Assembly: GCA_905182275.1 (NCBI GenBank)
Contig: CAJJAU010000016.1
Coordinates: forward strand, 10,215 to 34,214
Direction of reading: 5' to 3'
DNA from: a gamma proteobacterium HTCC2207
Lineage (GTDB): Bacteria; Pseudomonadota; Gammaproteobacteria; Pseudomonadales; Porticoccaceae
Length of the DNA stretch: 24,000 bases
In this document: in pieces, positions 18,868 to 24,000 of the stretch
How positions within the stretch are numbered: the first letter of the stretch is position 1
Layout of the letters: each line of letters begins with the position of its first letter
Notes under the pieces: model-generated
Database searches by the model: none
Told to the model about the DNA's origin: nothing
What the model saw: the letters and a program-made list of their open reading frames with translations, nothing else
Program-made: the position numbers and the translations under genes

Positions 18868-19236
18868 TTACAGCACTTCAGGTGCTAGGGAGATGATTCG
18901 CATAAAACGCTCTGTGCGTAACTCACGAGTCACCGGCCCAAAAATACGTGTACCAATCGGTGCCAGGTTGGCATTCAGAAGGACAGCTGCATTATCATCA
19001 AACTTGATCAAGCTACCATCCTGTCGACGTAAGCCTTTCCTAGTGCGAACAACTACCGCACTCATAACCTGACCCTTCTTAACTTTACCACGGGGAATTG
19101 CTTCCTTAACAGTGACCTTAATTATATCACCAACCCGCGCATACCGACGGTGAGACCCGCCCAACACTTTAATACACATCACGCGACGTGCACCGCTGTT
19201 GTCTGCTACATCAAGATAACTTTCTGTTTGAATCAT
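18868..19236 (-). CDS. rplN: 50S ribosomal protein L14
   Basis: 122 aa. [28 protein letters not shown]... is the canonical L14 sequence. Confidence 0.98.
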   Translation of the reverse strand: MIQTESYLDVADNSGARRVMCIKVLGGSHRRYARVGDIIKVTVKEAIPRGKVKKGQVMSAVVVRTRKGLRRQDGSLIKFDDNAAVLLNANLAPIGTRIFGPVTRELRTERFMRIISLAPEVL

Positions 19237-19268
19237 TTTCCTACCCCAAACCGATACTTTATACGGCG

Positions 19269-19535
19269 TTACTCTGCAGTAGCGCGCTCATCAACATTTA
19301 TCAACTTCCAAGCCTTGTCTTTCGAGACAGGCCGGCACTCTGCGATGGTCACTAAGTCGCCTTTACTAGCGTCGTTAGTCTCATCATGAGCTTTAATCTT
19401 GCTCGACTTGGTCAAGATCTTTCCATAAACCGGATGCTTAACTCGCCGCTCAACCAAAACCGTAACCGTCTTATCCATCTTGTCGCTAACAATACGACCG
19501 GTCAGGGTTCGTGAACTTGTATTTAACTCAGTCAT
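19269..19535 (-). CDS. rpsQ: 30S ribosomal protein S17
   Basis: 88 aa. The S17 core is [31 protein letters not shown]. Confidence 0.97.
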   Translation of the reverse strand: MTELNTSSRTLTGRIVSDKMDKTVTVLVERRVKHPVYGKILTKSSKIKAHDETNDASKGDLVTIAECRPVSKDKAWKLINVDERATAE

Positions 19536-19537
19536 AC

Positions 19538-19729
19538 CTATTCTCCAGCCTTCTGATTCATCGCGGTCTTAATGCGCGCTATATTTCTACGCGTCACCTT
19601 CACCAAGTGGCTTTCATTGAGCTGCCCAGTTGAAAGCTGCATACGCAACTTGAACTGCTGCTTAAGCTCTCCGCCTAGCGCCGCCTGCAATTCTTCAACA
19701 GACTTTTCACTTAATTCGCTTGCTTTCAT
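19538..19729 (-). CDS. rpmC: 50S ribosomal protein L29
   Basis: 63 aa. [14 protein letters not shown]...[10 protein letters not shown]...RRNIARIKT is the L29 pattern. It lies between rplP and rpsQ. Confidence 0.97.
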   Translation of the reverse strand: MKASELSEKSVEELQAALGGELKQQFKLRMQLSTGQLNESHLVKVTRRNIARIKTAMNQKAGE

Positions 19730-19731
19730 GG

Positions 19732-20145
19732 TTACATCACCGTCCGCGTAACAAAGGTAGTAGCAATTGGCAGCTTAGCCGCAGCCAGCGCAAATGCTTC
19801 ACGCGCTAACTCTTCACTTACACCTTCCATTTCATAGAGCACCTTACCGGGCTGCACTAAGGCGACCCAATATTCAACATTACCCTTACCCTTACCCATT
19901 CTAACTTCAAGCGGCTTCTTGGTTATTGGCTTATCTGGAAAAACACGAATCCAAATCTTACCACCACGCTTGATATGCCGGGTCATAGCACGACGAGCCG
20001 CCTCGATCTGCCGAGCCGTTAAACGACCTCGACCAGACGCCTTGAGGCCAAACTCACCAAAGCTGACTTTGCTGCCGCGTTGCGCTAGGCCACGATTACG
20101 ACCTTTATGCATTTTGCGGAATTTTGTACGTTTTGGTTGCAGCAT
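19732..20145 (-). CDS. rplP: 50S ribosomal protein L16
   Basis: 137 aa. [21 protein letters not shown]... is the canonical L16 N-terminus. Confidence 0.98.
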   Translation of the reverse strand: MLQPKRTKFRKMHKGRNRGLAQRGSKVSFGEFGLKASGRGRLTARQIEAARRAMTRHIKRGGKIWIRVFPDKPITKKPLEVRMGKGKGNVEYWVALVQPGKVLYEMEGVSEELAREAFALAAAKLPIATTFVTRTVM

Positions 20146-20164
20146 CTCGCTTTACCCTTATCGC

Positions 20165-20842
20165 TTAATTCTTGTTTCGTTTTTCTTTAGCGGGAGCCTT
20201 AACAGCCTCCTCACCACCTAGAACTTCACCCTTGAAGATCCAGACCTTAACACCAATAATTCCATACGTCGTATTGGCTTCGGCAGCTGCATAATCAATA
20301 TCTGCTCGCAATGTATGCAGAGGAACCCGTCCTTCTCTATACCATTCAGACCGCGCGATCTCAGCGCCACCTAAACGACCACCTACCTGGATCTTTACAC
20401 CCAGGGCACCACCACGCATCGCATTCTGTACTGCTCTTTTCATTGCGCGGCGGAACATAACTCTCCGCTCTAACTGCTGAGCAACATTCTGACCAACAAG
20501 AGAAGCATCCAAATCAGGCTTGCGGATCTCCTCAATATTGATAGTTACCGTACAACCCATAACTTTGGTAACTTCATTGCGCAAACGCTCAACGTCTTCG
20601 CCCTTCTTACCAATCACAATGCCTGGACGGGCAGTATGAATAGTTACTCGGCCAGTGTCTGACTGACGTTCGATGTCAATCTTACTTACCGAAGCATGAG
20701 AGAGCTTCTTTCTAATAAATGCTCTGACCGCTAAGTCTTGGTTAAGCTTATCGGCATAGTCTTTATTCCCGGCGTACCAGGTAGAGCTATGCTTCTTAAC
20801 GATTCCTAAACGGATACCGGTTGGATGTACTTTTTGACCCAT
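20165..20842 (-). CDS. rpsC: 30S ribosomal protein S3
   Basis: 225 aa. [16 protein letters not shown]... and the KH-domain segment [12 protein letters not shown] are typical of S3. Confidence 0.98.
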   Translation of the reverse strand: MGQKVHPTGIRLGIVKKHSSTWYAGNKDYADKLNQDLAVRAFIRKKLSHASVSKIDIERQSDTGRVTIHTARPGIVIGKKGEDVERLRNEVTKVMGCTVTINIEEIRKPDLDASLVGQNVAQQLERRVMFRRAMKRAVQNAMRGGALGVKIQVGGRLGGAEIARSEWYREGRVPLHTLRADIDYAAAEANTTYGIIGVKVWIFKGEVLGGEEAVKAPAKEKRNKN

Positions 20843-20865
20843 TACATGGTCTCCCGAACCTAATT

Positions 20866-21198
20866 CTACTTTTCAGCGACTTTTACAGTTATGTGACAGC
20901 TGCGTTTTAAAATTCTATCAGCACGACCCTTGGCACGCGGCTTAATGCGCTTCATAGTCATACCTTCATCAACAAAAATAGTCGACACCTTTAATTCGTC
21001 TACATCGGCACCATCGTTGTGCTCAGCGTTAGCAATAGCCGACTCAAGGACTTTCTTAATAATGTCCGCACCTTTTTTAGTGCTGAACTGCAATATTTCT
21101 AAAGCAGCCTCAACAGACTTACCGCGTACTTGATCAGCGACGAGCCGGGCCTTTTGCGCTGACAATCTAGCGCCTTTTAATTTTGCTACTACTTCCAC
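20866..21198 (-). CDS. rplV: 50S ribosomal protein L22
   Basis: I prefer GTG at 21198, giving (M)[21 protein letters not shown]..., 110 aa. This aligns with E. coli [22 protein letters not shown], and the GTG lies 9 nt after an AGAGG SD. The ORF-track TTG at 21204 is only 3 nt from that SD. Confidence 0.95.
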   Translation of the reverse strand: MEVVAKLKGARLSAQKARLVADQVRGKSVEAALEILQFSTKKGADIIKKVLESAIANAEHNDGADVDELKVSTIFVDEGMTMKRIKPRAKGRADRILKRSCHITVKVAEK

Positions 21199-21229
21199 AA
21201 TCAATTACCTCTTTCAATCAAAACCAAGC

Positions 21230-21505
21230 TTATCGCTTAGCTTTTTTATCCGCGACGTGACCACGATAAGTACGTGTCGGAGAAAACTCTCCCAACTTGT
21301 GACCTACCATCTCTTCATTGATAGTTACCGGAATATGCTGTCGGCCATTATGAATCGCAATAGTCAAACCAAGCATATCAGGCAGTATCATGGATCGGCG
21401 AGACCATGTCTTAATTGGTCGCCGCTCATTGTTTGCAACCGCCGCCTCAACCTTTTTTGCAAGGTGAAGATCGACGAATGGTCCTTTCTTTAGAGAGCGT
21501 GGCAC
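21230..21505 (-). CDS. rpsS: 30S ribosomal protein S19
   Basis: 91 aa. (M)[17 protein letters not shown]... is canonical S19. The start is GTG at 21505, about 8 nt after a GAGGA SD. Confidence 0.97.
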   Translation of the reverse strand: MPRSLKKGPFVDLHLAKKVEAAVANNERRPIKTWSRRSMILPDMLGLTIAIHNGRQHIPVTINEEMVGHKLGEFSPTRTYRGHVADKKAKR

Positions 21506-21541
21506 GTTTGCTATCCTCTTCTATATAATTTATGTCAGCGC

Positions 21542-22363
21542 TTACTTGCGACGACGAATAATGTATTTATCAGTACGCTTGTTCTTACGCGTCTTATAAC
21601 CCTTAGTCGGCATTCCCCAAGGTGAAACCGGATGCCGGCCACCTGAGGTACGTCCCTCACCACCACCATGCGGGTGATCGACTGGATTCATCGCCACACC
21701 TCGTACGGTCGGACGAACACCACGCCAGCGCGCCGCGCCAGCCTTACCTAATGAGCGCAAACTATGCTCACTATTACAAACTTCGCCAAGAGTCGCGCGA
21801 CAATCAATCGGGAGACGTCTCATCTCACCACTACGTAAACGAACCGTAGCATAAGCTCCTTCGCGAGCAATTAACTGTACTGATGCTGCGGCACTACGAG
21901 CAATCTGAGCGCCCTTGCCAACCTTCATCTCGACACAGTGAACAATAGAACCAACCGGGATCTTGCGAAGCGGAAGACTATTGCCAACTTTAATTGGCGA
22001 AGCCTCCCCCGAGACAACCGTATCTCCAGCTGACACACCCTTGGGGGCAATAATGTAACGACGCTCACCATCGGCATAACACAACAATGCAATGTGTGCG
22101 CTTCTATTGGGATCGTATTCTAAACGCTCTACTGTTGCAGGGATACCGTCCTTATTACGCTTAAAATCGATAATTCGGTAATGCTGCTTGTGTCCACCAC
22201 CAATATGGCGAACAGTAATTCTGCCGTTGCTATTTCGGCCGCCAGAACGCTTCTTTGGTGCTAACAACGGTCCGTAGGGAGCGCCTTTGTGTAAGTCAGG
22301 ATTAACAACACTGACTACAAAGCGTCTGCCGGGGGAGGTTGGTTTTCTTTTGATAACTGCCAT
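21542..22363 (-). CDS. rplB: 50S ribosomal protein L2
   Basis: 273 aa. [15 protein letters not shown]... and the C-terminal motif [12 protein letters not shown] are typical of L2. Confidence 0.98.
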   Translation of the reverse strand: MAVIKRKPTSPGRRFVVSVVNPDLHKGAPYGPLLAPKKRSGGRNSNGRITVRHIGGGHKQHYRIIDFKRNKDGIPATVERLEYDPNRSAHIALLCYADGERRYIIAPKGVSAGDTVVSGEASPIKVGNSLPLRKIPVGSIVHCVEMKVGKGAQIARSAAASVQLIAREGAYATVRLRSGEMRRLPIDCRATLGEVCNSEHSLRSLGKAGAARWRGVRPTVRGVAMNPVDHPHGGGEGRTSGGRHPVSPWGMPTKGYKTRKNKRTDKYIIRRRK

Positions 22364-22373
22364 GATTAACCCC

Positions 22374-22670
22374 TTACTCCGCTACTGAAAAGTCAATATC
22401 TTGACCTTCCGCCAGTCGTACATAGGCTTTCTTCCAGTCGCTACGATGACCGAGTCCGGTCTTAGTGCGACGAGTCTTGCCCTTCATATTAATAACACGA
22501 ACATCATCAACCTTTACCTCGAACAACTGCTCAACAGCCTTTCGAATCTCTAACTTGGTCGCGTTCGTCGCAACTTTAAATACAACCTGCGTTGCCGCAC
22601 CAGATGCCATCGCTGTTTTTTCAGTAATGTGCGGCCCTAACAACACTTTGAAGAGTCTCTCTTGATTCAT
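22374..22670 (-). CDS. rplW: 50S ribosomal protein L23
   Basis: 98 aa. It has the L23 pattern ER...VL..P..TEK and FKV...A.K.EI..AVE.LF.VKV..V. Its start makes an ATGA overlap with the rplD stop. Confidence 0.97.
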   Translation of the reverse strand: MNQERLFKVLLGPHITEKTAMASGAATQVVFKVATNATKLEIRKAVEQLFEVKVDDVRVINMKGKTRRTKTGLGHRSDWKKAYVRLAEGQDIDFSVAE

Positions 22671-23281
22671 GCTAGGATCTCCTCTATTTTTTTCAACGCT
22701 GCAACAGTAACAATAACCTTGTCTGAATTGATCAGACTCACCGGGTCAATTGCTGCCGCATCCCGCACATCTACTTTGTGTAGATTCCGCGACGATAAAT
22801 ATAAGTTCTCACTAACCTCTTCGGTAACGATCAGCGCTTCTTGTAAGCCATATTCTGCAAGCTTAGCAATAAGACCTTTGGTCTTTGGCGCATCAACATC
22901 AAAGTCGTTAACAATAACCAACCGATCCTGGCGAGCCAGCTCAGACACTATTGAACGCATAGCAGAACGATACATCTTACGGTTAATCTTTTGACTATGG
23001 TCCTGCGGTTGGGCTGCAAATGTTACACCACCTCCACGCCAAATTGGACCGCGAATAGTACCAGCACGAGCCCGCCCAGTTCCTTTCTGAGCGAATGGTT
23101 TACGGCCACCACCAGAAACAGCCGAACGATTCTTTTGAGCACGTGTACCCTGACGGGCACCAGCTAGAAAAGTAACCACCGCCTGATGAACCAGGTCTTG
23201 ATTGAATTCCATCCCAAAAGCAGCTTCAGAAACCTCTACAGTTCCTTTATTACCCTTGGGCGTGGCGATCGATAGTTCCAT
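22667..23281 (-). CDS. rplD: 50S ribosomal protein L4
   Basis: I prefer ATG at 23281, giving [10 protein letters not shown]..., 204 aa, which matches E. coli L4 starting MEL. The GGGGAG SD lies 5 nt upstream. The ORF-track GTG at 23287 directly abuts that SD. The core [28 protein letters not shown] is diagnostic of L4. Confidence 0.96.
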   Translation of the reverse strand: MELSIATPKGNKGTVEVSEAAFGMEFNQDLVHQAVVTFLAGARQGTRAQKNRSAVSGGGRKPFAQKGTGRARAGTIRGPIWRGGGVTFAAQPQDHSQKINRKMYRSAMRSIVSELARQDRLVIVNDFDVDAPKTKGLIAKLAEYGLQEALIVTEEVSENLYLSSRNLHKVDVRDAAAIDPVSLINSDKVIVTVAALKKIEEILA

Positions 23282-23292
23282 GGACACTCCCC

Positions 23293-23928
23293 TTAAGCCT
23301 TAACTGCTGGACGGACGATAATATTGCCACCGGGCGCACCAGGAACAGCACCCTTGATCAACAACAGGCTGCGTTCTGCGTCCACACGAACAATTTCTAA
23401 ATTCTGAGTTGTTACCTGAGCGTTGCCCATCTGGCCACTCATTTTCTTTCCCTTGAATACACGACCTGGCGTTTGGTTTTGACCAATTGAACCGTTAGAT
23501 CGGTGAGAAATTGAGTTGCCGTGGGTAGCGTCTTGCATACTGAAGTTCCAGCGCTTCACTCCGCCCTGAAAACCCTTTCCTTTTGAAGTGCCGGTAACAT
23601 CGACTTTTTGACCTTCCTGAAAACGCTCTACTGTTAGCGACCCGCCAACCTCAAACGTCTCATCTGAACCTTCAGACCTGAACTCCCACTGACCTCTACC
23701 AGCCTCGACACCTGCTTTCGCAAATTCGCCGGCCTGAGATTTTGCAACTCGGGAAGCTTTCTTAGAGCCAGTGGTGACCTGAATAGCAGAGTAGCCATCC
23801 GTCTCCAGCGACTTAATCTGGGTAATATGATTAGGTGAAGCCTCTACCACTGTCACAGGGATAGATACACCATCTTCGGTAAATACACGAGTCATACCAC
23901 ATTTGCGGCCGACAATACCTATTCTCAT
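23293..23928 (-). CDS. rplC: 50S ribosomal protein L3
   Basis: 211 aa. [20 protein letters not shown]... matches the L3 N-terminus. An AAGAGG SD lies about 8 nt upstream. Confidence 0.98.
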   Translation of the reverse strand: MRIGIVGRKCGMTRVFTEDGVSIPVTVVEASPNHITQIKSLETDGYSAIQVTTGSKKASRVAKSQAGEFAKAGVEAGRGQWEFRSEGSDETFEVGGSLTVERFQEGQKVDVTGTSKGKGFQGGVKRWNFSMQDATHGNSISHRSNGSIGQNQTPGRVFKGKKMSGQMGNAQVTTQNLEIVRVDAERSLLLIKGAVPGAPGGNIIVRPAVKA

Positions 23929-24000
23929 TTTATAACCTCTTACGTGTACGGGGCTCTTACCCGCTACGGCCGCTCATTTCAAAGCGTTACACTATATAAC

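Noticed and set aside
22662-22994. 110-aa plus-strand ORF; also 22465-22665 (+)
   Set aside because: Both are antisense to rplD and rplW, and neither has independent support.
1-24000. Expectation of a novel defence, mobile or accessory system somewhere in the window
   Set aside because: Every ORF of meaningful length is accounted for by a well-known core family or by the left-hand five-gene operon. I see no integrase, transposase, toxin-antitoxin-like pairs, repeat arrays, tRNA attachment sites or compositional breaks by eye. Intergenic space is minimal. Only the 30-3735 operon is worth following up.

Overview
This window is almost entirely conserved gammaproteobacterial core genome, tightly packed, with no mobile elements, CRISPR arrays, tRNA/rRNA genes or defence-type genes that I can see. 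It has three blocks. (1) 30-3735, minus strand: a five-gene chain with overlapping stop and start codons. It runs amgK-murU (peptidoglycan MurNAc salvage), then a VanZ-like membrane protein, a DUF2007-like small protein and a DASS/SLC13 permease. (2) 3926-10613, plus strand: the classic lptD-surA-pdxA-rsmA(ksgA)-apaG-apaH cluster, divergent from amgK as in Pseudomonas. (3) 10704-23928, minus strand: the alpha, spc and most of the S10 ribosomal-protein operons in canonical order (rplC to rplQ, including secY, rpoA and rpmJ). rpmJ is missing from the supplied ORF track. Blocks 2 and 3 converge on one bidirectional rho-independent terminator near 10652-10680. From Shine-Dalgarno spacing and homolog N-termini I moved four starts relative to the ORF track: surA, rplO, rplV and rplD. 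I do not see convincing evidence for a novel system. The only candidate for unexplained biology is the extension of the amgK-murU salvage operon by three translationally coupled genes of unclear role, including an anion permease that could be the missing MurNAc importer; this is a hypothesis only. All homology statements come from my recollection of family motifs and E. coli/Pseudomonas orthologs, not from a database search.
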